In this document: piece after piece, positions 10,965-21,600 of the stretch | How the letters are laid out: the number at the start of each line of letters is the position of its first letter | Numbering within the stretch: position 1 is the stretch's first letter | From: Epithemia pelagica | Taxonomy: Eukaryota; Protista; Bacillariophyta | Assembly: GCA_946965045.2 (NCBI GenBank) | Contig: OX337239.1 | Coordinates: forward strand, 2,852,001-2,916,000 | Direction: 5' to 3' | DNA: 64,000 nt | Translations under genes and position numbers: made by a program | The notes under the pieces: generated by a model | What the model saw: the letters and a program-made list of their open reading frames with translations, nothing else | Databases searched by the model: none | Told to the model about the DNA's origin: nothing

Positions 10965-12509
10965 ATGGATACCAGGAACATGGTGGCTCGAGCGAATGAA
11001 GACACATACACCATGGCTCGGAACCTGGAGGCTCGATCAAACAAAGACAAAATGGTGACGGTTGAAGCGAACAGAGACACAATGACTGCGAATCCGGTTG
11101 TTCGACCAAATCAAGACAAAGTGGTGACGGCTGAAGCGAACCAAGACACAATGGCTGCGAATCCGGTTATTCAACCAAACCAAGACAAGGTGGTGGCAGC
11201 TGAAGCGAACCAAGCTACAATGGCTCCGAATCTGGTAGCTCGATCGGACCAAGACAAGGTGGTGGCGGCTGAAGCGAACAAAGCGAACCGAGACACAATG
11301 GCTGCTGCAAATCTGGTAGCTAGATCGGACCAAGACAAGGTTGTGGAGGATGAAGAGAACCGAGACGCAATGGCTGTAAAGAATCCGGTTGCTCCACCAA
11401 ACAAAGACAAGGTGATGGCGGCAGAAGCGAACCAAAATACAATGACTCCAAATCAGGTGACCCAAGTGAACCAAGATACGGACAAAGTGATTCCGGATCC
11501 GCTTATTCAAACGAACCAAGACGTGACAATGGTAAAAAACAGAAGAAGGCATCGTCCAACAACCAAGGATATAGCGAGTGACCCTAGATTGTCTGTGCTC
11601 ACTTGTACCGATGAGACTTTCCAGAAATATCAACTAAAGGTACCACAATCCGTGAGCGATCCTGTTGTGCGACTATCCATGCCTCGGAGAACATCGCATG
11701 ATACAATGTGCTACTTCGCACGTGAAAATGATAATGAACGAATCGAGATATTGTCACATCTGCTTACAAGGTCATTCAGAAGTTACACAGACCAATCAAG
11801 GTTTGCTGCCGTTTTCCAACAGATAATTTTGGAACAGAATCTGAATACCAAGGACATACCAAAGATCATGGAGAAGGTCCCATTGGTTTGCGCTAAAGCC
11901 ATGGAATGTGTTGAAGAGAATGACGACGACCCCGTGAGTCATAGTGCACATATATCTGATGACTCTCTTCTTTGTTCGGTTGGTATATGTGACCCCTTAA
12001 AGCTTGTGACAAGCGTCGACGGTTCTTTCTTAGTAGAATGTACGCTTGCACGCGTCAATCATAAAGAAGTGAGTAAACCGAGGGGTAAATCGAAGAAAGT
12101 TTCATCAATATTTGAAGATCCTATTGTACGAACACGTACCAAGACGTCATTATGTTCTGATGACTACGATCACCTATACAGAGACCTAATTTTGATCATA
12201 CCACTAGCCGGGGTCTTCTTCACGTTTGGACGTGAGTTCCAGCAATTCCATTCTAATCAAGATGACAAGTCGAATGTGTTCGTCTCAGTTCCACTTCCAT
12301 TTTCCTGGTTACGATTGCGACATAGTAACGGTCAGCCAGCGAGTGGTTTGTTCATGAGAAATATCACAAACTGTTGGTTTTGGACTGGTATGGTAGCAAA
12401 GGATATCATATCAAGGAGTGTTATCAGTTTTTGGACGTCGAAGATGGGGCTCCATTATTACCACCTGATCAATATATCCCAGCCAAATCAAAACCATCAA
12501 CCTCTTTGA
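10965..12509 (+). CDS. Hypothetical protein with N-terminal 23-aa repeats; possibly the N-terminal part of the TET/JBP gene
   Basis: 514-aa ORF; repeat unit VVAAEANQDTMAANPVIQPNQDK; overlaps the next ORF in another frame. Confidence 0.6.
   Translation: MDTRNMVARANEDTYTMARNLEARSNKDKMVTVEANRDTMTANPVVRPNQDKVVTAEANQDTMAANPVIQPNQDKVVAAEANQATMAPNLVARSDQDKVVAAEANKANRDTMAAANLVARSDQDKVVEDEENRDAMAVKNPVAPPNKDKVMAAEANQNTMTPNQVTQVNQDTDKVIPDPLIQTNQDVTMVKNRRRHRPTTKDIASDPRLSVLTCTDETFQKYQLKVPQSVSDPVVRLSMPRRTSHDTMCYFARENDNERIEILSHLLTRSFRSYTDQSRFAAVFQQIILEQNLNTKDIPKIMEKVPLVCAKAMECVEENDDDPVSHSAHISDDSLLCSVGICDPLKLVTSVDGSFLVECTLARVNHKEVSKPRGKSKKVSSIFEDPIVRTRTKTSLCSDDYDHLYRDLILIIPLAGVFFTFGREFQQFHSNQDDKSNVFVSVPLPFSWLRLRHSNGQPASGLFMRNITNCWFWTGMVAKDIISRSVISFWTSKMGLHYYHLINISQPNQNHQPL
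10990..11500 (+). repeat. Coding 69-bp tandem repeat, about 6-7 degenerate units
   Basis: GAAGCGAAC recurs at 11064 and 11133 and continues with similar spacing. Confidence 0.85.
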
Positions 12510-13498
12510 CAGACTTGACACAGATCAAATGTGCGTCAACGACAGACCAACATGAGCTACGGAATTTGTATAGGACCAGACTACTTGTTGAGAAGAACGA
12601 CTCTGACAAAAGTGGATGTTGTCGATATGTCCCTGGAGCGTTGCATTGGAGACTTTGGGACAATGAAATAAAAGCGAAACAAGTCCAAAGTCTCAGGTAC
12701 TATCATCGCTCCAATGGGGATATAACGTTTCTCGTTCGAACAAGAAGAAACGACGGAAAACCCAAATCTATCAGTTATATTTGGGTATTTTCATTGGTCA
12801 AGCGATATCGAGCGTTACTGTCTATGTTAGGCGATCGTTCCAGGGAATTTATACGAACAGGTTCATTGAAGAGGTCAAGAAATGCAAGAAGTGACAAAGG
12901 GGACCTTGGGAGCATGACAGTCATTGGGAATACAGCAAACGCGGGTAATTCGTCCACCTTCCATTCTGACAAATTGATTCGGAATGAACCAAATCTCCGG
13001 TATGCGTTACCGAAAATCTGTACTGCCGTAAAGATTTTTGCCGAACGAGAATTCCCTGGAGTCGTCGGTTCATTCAGACACTTAGAAGATGCCGTTGGGG
13101 AAACGGTTCCATCTGCTCTTGGAGGTGAAATTGGTGGTATCACTTCTGCCATGATTATAAGTTTGAATCTGATGAACGCTACACACTACGATGTGAACGA
13201 TGCTTCTGTTGGTGGTTTTTCAATTTGGACGGAGACTATACCTGGTTCTGCTAGAAATTGGTGTTTCGTGTTACCCAATATTCTGGTGGAATATAAAGGA
13301 ATCACCTACCACGGACTATGTATTGAACTTTACCATGGTATATCAATACTATGGGATGGTCGAATCATCCGTCATGGTACTTCGGCTCATGTACACGCTG
13401 AGAGTGTCGAGAACAACACTATGGGATGGTTTTGGGGTGTTGGTGAACGCTCGATGAAGGCAACTGTCAATGAGAATAGGGATGACCATGGAATATGA
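12374..13498 (+). CDS. TET/JBP-like Fe(II) dioxygenase (double-stranded beta-helix fold)
   Basis: RSDKGDLGSMTVIG; NATHYDVND (HxD at 13184-13192); FSIW; WCFVLPN; WDGRIIRHGTS (distal His 13373-13375). Confidence 0.8.
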   Translation: MVLDWYGSKGYHIKECYQFLDVEDGAPLLPPDQYIPAKSKPSTSLTDLTQIKCASTTDQHELRNLYRTRLLVEKNDSDKSGCCRYVPGALHWRLWDNEIKAKQVQSLRYYHRSNGDITFLVRTRRNDGKPKSISYIWVFSLVKRYRALLSMLGDRSREFIRTGSLKRSRNARSDKGDLGSMTVIGNTANAGNSSTFHSDKLIRNEPNLRYALPKICTAVKIFAEREFPGVVGSFRHLEDAVGETVPSALGGEIGGITSAMIISLNLMNATHYDVNDASVGGFSIWTETIPGSARNWCFVLPNILVEYKGITYHGLCIELYHGISILWDGRIIRHGTSAHVHAESVENNTMGWFWGVGERSMKATVNENRDDHGI

Positions 13499-13651
13499 GC
13501 GGTACAACAGAGAACGCTTTCAGGGCGTTAGGTATGGATATACCTTCTCTAATAAATGAAGACGATGCTAGTGGAGGGTGTTAGAAATGGATATACACTA
13601 CCTAATACTTGAGACTTGACAGTTGGCACGAGAAAATAGTGCATTGTGAAT

Positions 13652-14701
13652 TCAAGGATGATGGTCCTGGTTTTTTGGATTGTCTTGGAAATTTGGATTT
13701 CCCATTGCCATTCTTCGAAGACATTGGCTGTAACACTTCACGAAGAGCGGCATATAGTTGCGAAAGCCGCCGGTGGTGCATGGCGAAGAAAGCAGCCACA
13801 CGGTCCAAAGCTTGTCGTAGTATCTGAAATGAAATGGTGCCAGGTCGTCATTGCCGAAGTAAAAGTTGTCTCGTAAATCTTGTACCCACATCTCTCGAAC
13901 CATCCTTGCGAAGTCGCGGTAAATTTCGATGGGAAGAGACTGTTCATTTCTTCCTCCCATTGCGGCGAGCAACGCATGTCGAACGAGGATACAAAACTGC
14001 CATACAAAAAGAGTATTGGGGGACCTTGGACAAACACCACATACATCAACGTCTCTGTCTGGAATGGTGAATTGATTGTGTAACTGTGGAATGCGGAAAC
14101 ACTGTTTGCAAATCTGACAATGTTGCAGTGGGAGTAAACGATAATGGCATTGTGGACACTTCTCGAAGTAACTCTGTTCCCAAATGATTCTGTGATTAAG
14201 ATAACCTGTTCGGGTCTCTAAATGTCCAAGGTTGTGATTGCATCCACCTGGTGGTGTTGGACGACCGATGATCACACATAACCGGCAGAGGAGGTTTTGT
14301 TGACCAATGATTGCATCCACGAGAACCTTGAACTCAGCTTGTATAGCACCACCGGCTCGCAGCTCCTCTCGGCTTTCCTCGATTATGTGCATGGCATCAA
14401 ATTCATCGAGGGCAGCGATTCTCTCGGTATTGTTTACACAGGGAGCAATATCCAGTTCGAAGTTTGATCGTTGGATCATATTGTTGATTGCGTTTCGCCT
14501 CCGATTGGCTTCCCATGTTTCAGAAGTACCATTTGAGTTGTCATCATCGACAGAACTGTCATCATTACGGTCAGCCATCTCGCCATCAGAATCATCAGAG
14601 TCGGTCTCGTCAACGATCTCGTCGTCAGAATCATTGAAGTTGGTCGGGCTTTCATCACTGTCGCCAACAAGGATATTGTCTTCATCATTGACGAAGCTCA
14701 T
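13652..14701 (-). CDS. Acidic N-terminus, Cys-rich protein; family copy 1
   Basis: 349-aa ORF; CRLCVIIGR, CPQCH, CQICKQC, CGVCPRSPNTLFVWQFCILVRHALL; homologous to three other loci in the window. Confidence 0.7.
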   Translation of the reverse strand: MSFVNDEDNILVGDSDESPTNFNDSDDEIVDETDSDDSDGEMADRNDDSSVDDDNSNGTSETWEANRRRNAINNMIQRSNFELDIAPCVNNTERIAALDEFDAMHIIEESREELRAGGAIQAEFKVLVDAIIGQQNLLCRLCVIIGRPTPPGGCNHNLGHLETRTGYLNHRIIWEQSYFEKCPQCHYRLLPLQHCQICKQCFRIPQLHNQFTIPDRDVDVCGVCPRSPNTLFVWQFCILVRHALLAAMGGRNEQSLPIEIYRDFARMVREMWVQDLRDNFYFGNDDLAPFHFRYYDKLWTVWLLSSPCTTGGFRNYMPLFVKCYSQCLRRMAMGNPNFQDNPKNQDHHP

Positions 14702-14753
14702 TGTCTGCTGATTGTGGCGTTTTTTAAGTGACGACCTGTGACAGTTTCCTTGG

Positions 14754-14987
14754 TTTGTACACTGATCATCACAATGTGTGTCTTACCGTGGTGATCCCCA
14801 CGATGAATATTATAGAGTGACGAAATCTGTACACAAATGCGACCGACCGGAAAACCATGGAGGATAGGACGACCCTTGATTTGTACACTGAACATCACAG
14901 TGTGTGTCTTACTGTGGTGAGCCCCACAGTGAATATTATAGTGTGACGAAATCTGTATATAAACACGACTGACCGGGAAACCATGGA
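14754..14987. repeat. 126-bp tandem duplication between two divergent Cys-rich genes
   Basis: TTTGTACACTGA...AAACCATGGA at 14754-14861 and 14880-14987. Confidence 0.9.
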
Positions 14988-15109
14988 TCTATTTTCAATA
15001 CAGCTCTTCTCGTTCGTATGACAGAGGTTTCGTGAAAATCCTAAGAAGAAGCAACGAAGACAGGTATTTGCATTCATAAAGAAACAACGAGAGGGATACT
15101 ACAATCAGA

Positions 15110-15671
15110 ATGGCCGACAACCCGGAGCAAGACGAACCGGAGGATGAATCTGATGACGAACCGGAGGAAGAAGATTTTTATGTACGGGAACGTCGACAAC
15201 GACGAGAAATGCGGGCGATCGACGACAGGAACTTGGAAGTGAATGATCGGCCTTGTTACAGGGACGCTGGGAGGATTTTTTTGATTATGATAATGAAGAA
15301 GAAGATGTACCACAAGTCATAGAACAACTCAGAGAACAGCTGATTATCGGTCGTGAAATCCAGAATGAATTCAAACGGTTGGTGGACGAAATGCTTTGAG
15401 GTGAGAAACTCTGTCCACACTGTGTCATCCTTGGTCGTCCCACACCACATCACCAGTGCAATCATGAAAGTACTACACTGGTAACACGTGCAGCATATCT
15501 CGATTATCCGGTCATTTGGCAGCAGAATTTTTTGATGCGTTGTGACTTATGTCACCGTCACAGGCATCCAACATTTCATTGTCAGGTGTGCAGGGGATGT
15601 TTCCGAATTCCCCAACTCTCGTTACCTTTTGCAATTCCACAACACGATTTGGATTCATGTGGTGTCTGCTC
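15110..15671 (+). pseudogene. Cys-rich family copy 2, frameshifted and cut off by the satellite
   Basis: IQNEFKRLVD...CPHCVILGRPTP...CQVCRGCFRIPQL...CGVC aligns to copy 1; frameshift in a T-run near 15276-15282; TGA near 15397; satellite begins right after CGVC. Confidence 0.8.
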
Positions 15672-18600
15672 AAAATTTGGTGGCAACGACAACACCATGG
15701 GGGTATCGTCGATTGCAAGTCCTTCTACCGTCAAACCACAAGTTCAGAGCCTATGGCATCCATGGCTATGGTCCCCCCAAGGTCTCTACCGAAATTTGGA
15801 GCTTTTGGAGCTATGGAAAAGTGTCTTTGGTCCATATCCATGAAATTTGGTGACAACGACAACGCCATGGGGGTATCGTTGATTGCAAGTCCTTGTACCA
15901 TCAAACCACAAGTTCAGAGCCTATATCATCCATGGCTATGGTCCCCCGGAGGTCTCTACCGAAATTTGGAGCATTTGGAGCTATGCAAAAGTGTCTTTGG
16001 TCTATATCCATGAAATTTGGTGACAACGACAACGCCATGGGGGTATGGTCGATTGCAAGTCCTTGTACCACCAAACAACAAGTTCAGATCCTATATCATC
16101 CATGGCTATGGTCCCCCCAAGGTCTCTACCGAAAGCTGGAGCTTTTGGAGCTATGGAAAAGTGTCTTTGGTCCATATCCATGAAATTTGGTGACAACGAC
16201 AACGCCATGGGGGTATCGTCGATTGCAAGTCCTTCTACCGCCAAACCACAAGCTCAGAGCCTATATCATCCATGGCAATTGTACCCCCGAGGTCTCTACC
16301 GGAATTGGGAGCTTTTGGAGCTATGGAAAAGTGTCTTTGGTGTATGTCCATGAAATTTTGTGACAACGACAACGCCATGGGGGTATCGTCGATTGCAAGT
16401 CCTTCTACCGCCAAATCACAAGTTCAGAGCCAATATCATCCATGGCTATGGTCTCCCCAAGGTCACTATCGAAAATTGGAGCTTTTGGAGCCATGGAAAA
16501 GTGTCTTTGGTGTATGTCCATGAAATTTGGTGACAACAACAACGCCATGGGGGTATGGTCGATTGCAAGTCCTTCTACCGTCAAACCACATGTTCAGAGC
16601 CTATATCATCCATGGCTTTTGTACCCCCGAGGTCTCTACCAAAATTTGGAGCTTGTCCATGAAATTTGGTGACAACGACAACGCCATGGGGGTATCGTCG
16701 ATTGCAAGTCCTTCTACCGCCAAACCACATGTTCAGAGCCTATATCATCCATGGCTATTGTACCCCCGAGGTCTCTACCGAAATTGGGAGCTTGTCCATG
16801 AAATTTGGTGACAACGACAACGCCATGGGGGTATGGTCGTTTGCAAGTCCTTCTACCGCCAAATCACAAGTTCAGAGCCTGTATCATCCATGGCTATGGT
16901 CCCCCAAGGTCTCTACCGTAATTTGGAGCTTGTCCATGAAATTTGGTGACAACGACAACGCCATGGGGGTATCGTTGATTGCAAGTCCTTCTACCGCCAA
17001 ATCACAAGTTCAGAGCCTATATCATCCATGGCTATGGTCCCCCCGAGGTCTCTACCGGAATTTGGAGCTTTTGGAGCTATGGAAAAGTGTGTTTGGTCTA
17101 TATCCATGAAATTTGGTGACAACAACAACGCCATGGGGGTATCGTCGATTGCAAGTCCTTGTACCATCATACCACAAGTTCAGAGCCTATATCATCCATG
17201 GCTATGGTCCCCCGGAGGTCTCTACCGAAATTGGGAGCTTGTCCATGAAATTTCGTTGGTCTCTACCGAAATTGGGAGCTTGTCCATGAAATTTGGTGAC
17301 AACGACAACGCCATGGGGGTATGGTCGTTTGCAAGTCCTTCTACCGCCAAATCACAAGATAAGAGCCTATAGCATCCATGGCTATGGTCTTCCCGAGGTC
17401 TCTACCGGAATTTGGAGCGTTTGGAGCTATGGAAAAGTGTCTTTGGTGTATGTCCATGAAATTTGTTGACAACGACAACACCATGGGGGTATCGTCGATG
17501 CAAGTCCTTCTGCCGCCAAACCACATGTTCAGAGCCTATATCATCCATGGTATTGTACCCCCGAGGTCTCTACCGTAATTTGGGGCTTGTCCATGAAATT
17601 TGGTGACAACGACAACGCCATGGGGGTATGGTCGTTTGCAAGTCCTTCTACCGCCAAATCACAAGTTAAGAGCCTATAGCATCCATGGCTATGGTCTTCC
17701 CGAGGTCTCTACCGGAATTTGGAGCGTTTGGAGCTATGGAAAAGTGTCTTTGGTGTATGTCCATGAAATTTGTTGACAACGACAACGCCATGGGGGTATC
17801 GTCGATGCAAGTCCTTCTGCCGCCAAACCACATGTTCAGAGCCTATATCATCCATGGTATTGTACCCCCGAGGTCTCTACCGAAATTTGGGGCTTGTCCA
17901 TGAAATTGGGTGACAACGACAATGCCATGAGGTATGGTCGTTTGCAAGTCCTTCTACCGCCAAATCACAAGTTCAGAGCCTATAGCATCCATGGCTATGG
18001 TCTTCCCGAGGTCTCTACCGAAATTTGGAGCTTTTGGAGCTATGGAAAAGTGTCTTTGGTGTATGTCCATGAAATTTGGTGACAACGACAACGCCATAGG
18101 GGTATCGTCGATTGCAAGTCCTTCTTCTGCCTAACCACAAGTTCAGAGCCAATATCATCCATGGCTTTTGTACCCCCGAGGTCTCTACCGATATTGGGAG
18201 CTTTTGGAGGTATGGAAAAGTGTCTTTGGTTCTTGTCCATGTAATTTTGTGACAACGACAACGCCATGGGGGTATCGTCGATTGCAAGTCCTTCTTCCGC
18301 CAAATCACAAGTTCAGAGCCAATATCATCCATGGCTATGGTCCCCCCAAGGTCTCTATCGAAAATTGGAGCTTTTGGAGCTATGGAAAAGTGTCTTTGGT
18401 CCATATCCATGAAATTTGGTGACAACGACAACGCCATGGGGGTATCGTCGATTGCAAGTCCTTGTACCATCAAACCACAAGTTCAGAGCCTATATCATCC
18501 ATGGCTATGGTCCCCCGGAGGTCTCTACCGAAATTTGGAGCATTTGGAGCTATGCAAAAGTGTCTTTGGTCTATATCCATGAAATTTGGTGACAACGACA

Positions 18601-21600
18601 ACGCCATGGGGGTATGGTCGATTGCAAGTCCTTGTACCACCAAACAACAAGTTCAGAGCCTATATCATCCATGGCTATGGTCCCCCCAAGGTCTCTACCG
18701 AAGGCTGGAGCTTTTGGAGCTATGGAAAAGTGTCTTTGGTCCATATCCATGAAATTTGGTGACAACGACAACGCCATGGGGGTATCGTCGATTGCAAGTC
18801 CTTCTACCGCCAAACCACAAGCTCAGAGCCTATATCATCCATGGCAATTGTACCCCCGAGGTCTCTACCGGAATTGGGAGCTTTTGGAGCTATGGAAAAG
18901 TGTCTTTGGTGTATGTCCATGAAATTTTGTGACAACGACAACGCCATGGGGGTATCGTCGATTGCAAGTCCTTCTACCGCCAAATCACAAGTTCAGAGCC
19001 AATATCATCCATGGCTATGGTCCCCCCAAGGTCTCTATCGATAGTTGGAGCTTTTGGAGCTATGGAAAAGTGTCTTTGGTGTATGTCCATGAAACTTGGT
19101 GACAACGACAAGGCCATGGGGGTATGGTCGATTGCAAGTCCTTCTACCACCAAACCACAAGTTCAGAGCCTATATCATCCATGGCTTTTGTACCCCCGAG
19201 GTCTCTACCGAAATTTGGAGCTTGTCCATGAAATTTGGTTACAACGACAACACCATGGGGGTATGGTCGTTTGCAAGTCCCTCTATCGCCAAATCACAAG
19301 TTCAGAGCCTATATCATCCATGGCTATGGTCCCCCCGAGGTCTCTACCGAAATTGGGAGCGTTTGAAGCTATGGAAAAGTGTCTTAGGTTCTTTTCTATG
19401 AAATTTGGTGACAACGACAACGCCATGGGGGTATCGTCGATTGCAAGTCCTTGTACCACCAAACCACATGTTGAGAGCCTATATCATCCATGGCAATTGT
19501 ACCCACGAGGTCTCTACAGAAATTTGGATCGTTTGGAGCTATGGAAAAGTGTCTTTGGTCCATGTCCATGAAATTTGGTGAAAACGATAACGCCATAGGG
19601 GTATGGTCGATGGCAAGTCCTTCTACTGCCAAACCACAAGTTCAGAGCCTATATCATCCATGGGTATTGTACCCCCGAGGCCTCTACCAAAATTGGAGCT
19701 TTTGGAGCTATGGAAAAGTGTCTTTGGTGTATGTCTATGAAACTTTGTGACAACGACAACGCCATGGGGGTATGGTCGATTGCAAGTCCTTCTACCGTCA
19801 AACCACAAGTTCAGAGCCTATATCATCCATGGCTATGGTCCCCCCGAGGTCTCTACTGAAATTTAGAGCTTTTGAAGCTATGGAAAAATGTCTTTGGTTT
19901 TTGTCTATGAAATTTGGTGACAACGACAACGCCATGGGGGTTTCGTCGATTGCAAGTCCTTCTACCGCCAAACCACATGTTTAGAGCCTATATCATCCAT
20001 GGTATTGTACCCCCGAGGTCTCTACCGTAATTTGGAGCTTGTCCATGAAATTGGGTGACAACGACAACGCCATGAGGTATGGTCGTTTGCAAGTCCTTCT
20101 ACCGCCAAATCACAAGTTCAGAGCCTATAGCATCCATGGCTATGGTCTTCCCGAGGTCTCTACCGAAATTTGGAGCTTTTGGGGCTACGGAAAAGTGTCT
20201 TTGGTGTATGTCCATGAAATTTGGTGACAACGACAACGCCATAGGGGTATGGTCGATTGCAAGTCCTACTACTGCCAAATCACAAGTTCAAAGCCTATAT
20301 CATCCATGGCTTTTTAACCCCCGAGGTCTCTACCGAAATTGGGAGCGTTTGAAGCTATGGAAAAGTGTCTTTGGTTCTTGTCCATGTAATTTTGTGACCA
20401 CGACAACGCCATAGGGGTATGGTCGATTGCAAGTCCTTCTACCGCCAAATCACAAGTTCAGAGCCAATATCATCCATGGCTTTGATCCCTCCAAGGTCTC
20501 TATCGAAAGTTGGAGCTTTTGGAGCTACGGAAAAGTGTCTTTGGTGTATGTCCATGAAATTGGGTGACAACGACAACGCCATGAGGTATGGTCGTTTGCA
20601 AGTCCTTCTACCGCCAAATCACAAGTTCAGAGCCTATAGCATCCATGGCTATGGTCTTCCCGAGGTCTCTACCGAAATTTGGAGCTTTTGGGGCTACGGA
20701 AAAGTGTCTTTGGTGTATGTCCATGAAATTTGGTGACAACGACAACGCCATAGGGGTATGGTCGATTGCAAGTCCTACTACTGCCAAATCACAAGTTCAG
20801 AGCCTATATCATCCATGGCTTTTTAACCCCCGAGGTCTCTACCGAAATTTAGAGCGTTTGGAGCTATGGAAAAATGTCTTTGGTTCTTATCCATGAAACT
20901 TGGTGACAACGACAACGCCATAGGGGTATGGTCGATTGCAAGTCCTTCTACCGCCAAATCACAAGTTCAGAGCCAATATCATCCATGGCTTTGGTCCCCC
21001 CAAGGTCTCTATCGAAAGTTGGAGCTTTTGGAGCTACGGAAAAGTGTCTTTGGTGTATGTCCATGAAATTGGGTGACAACGACAACGCCATGAGGTATGG
21101 TCGTTTGCAAGTCCTTCTACCGCCAAATCACAAGTTCAGAGCCTATAGCATCCATGGCTATGGTCCCGCCAAGGTCTCTATCGAAATTTGGAGCGTTTGT
21201 AGCTATGGAAAAGTGTCTTTGGTCCATATCCATGAAATTTGGTGACAACGACAACGCCATAGGGGTATGGTCGATTGCAAGTCCTACTACTGCCAAATCA
21301 CAAGTTCAGAGCCTATATCATCCATGGCTTTTGTACCCCCGAGGTCTCTACCGAAATTGTGAGCTTTTGGAGGTATGGAAAAGTGTCTTTGGTTCTTGTC
21401 CATGTAATTTTGTGACCACGACAACGCCATAGGGGTATGGTCGATTGCAAGTCCTTCTACCGCCAAATCACAAGTTCAGAGCCAATATCATCCATGGCTT
21501 TGGTCCCCCCAAGGTCTCTATCGAAAGTTGGAGCTTTTGGAGCTATGGAAAAGTGTCTTTGGTGTATGTCCATGAAATTGGGTGACAACGACAACGCCAT

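Noticed and set aside
15660-15680. CAC-type terminal inverted repeat at the left satellite junction
   Set aside because: The junction reads TCTGCT-CAAAATTTGG with no recognisable TIR or TSD partner, so the giant-element boundary remains an inference.
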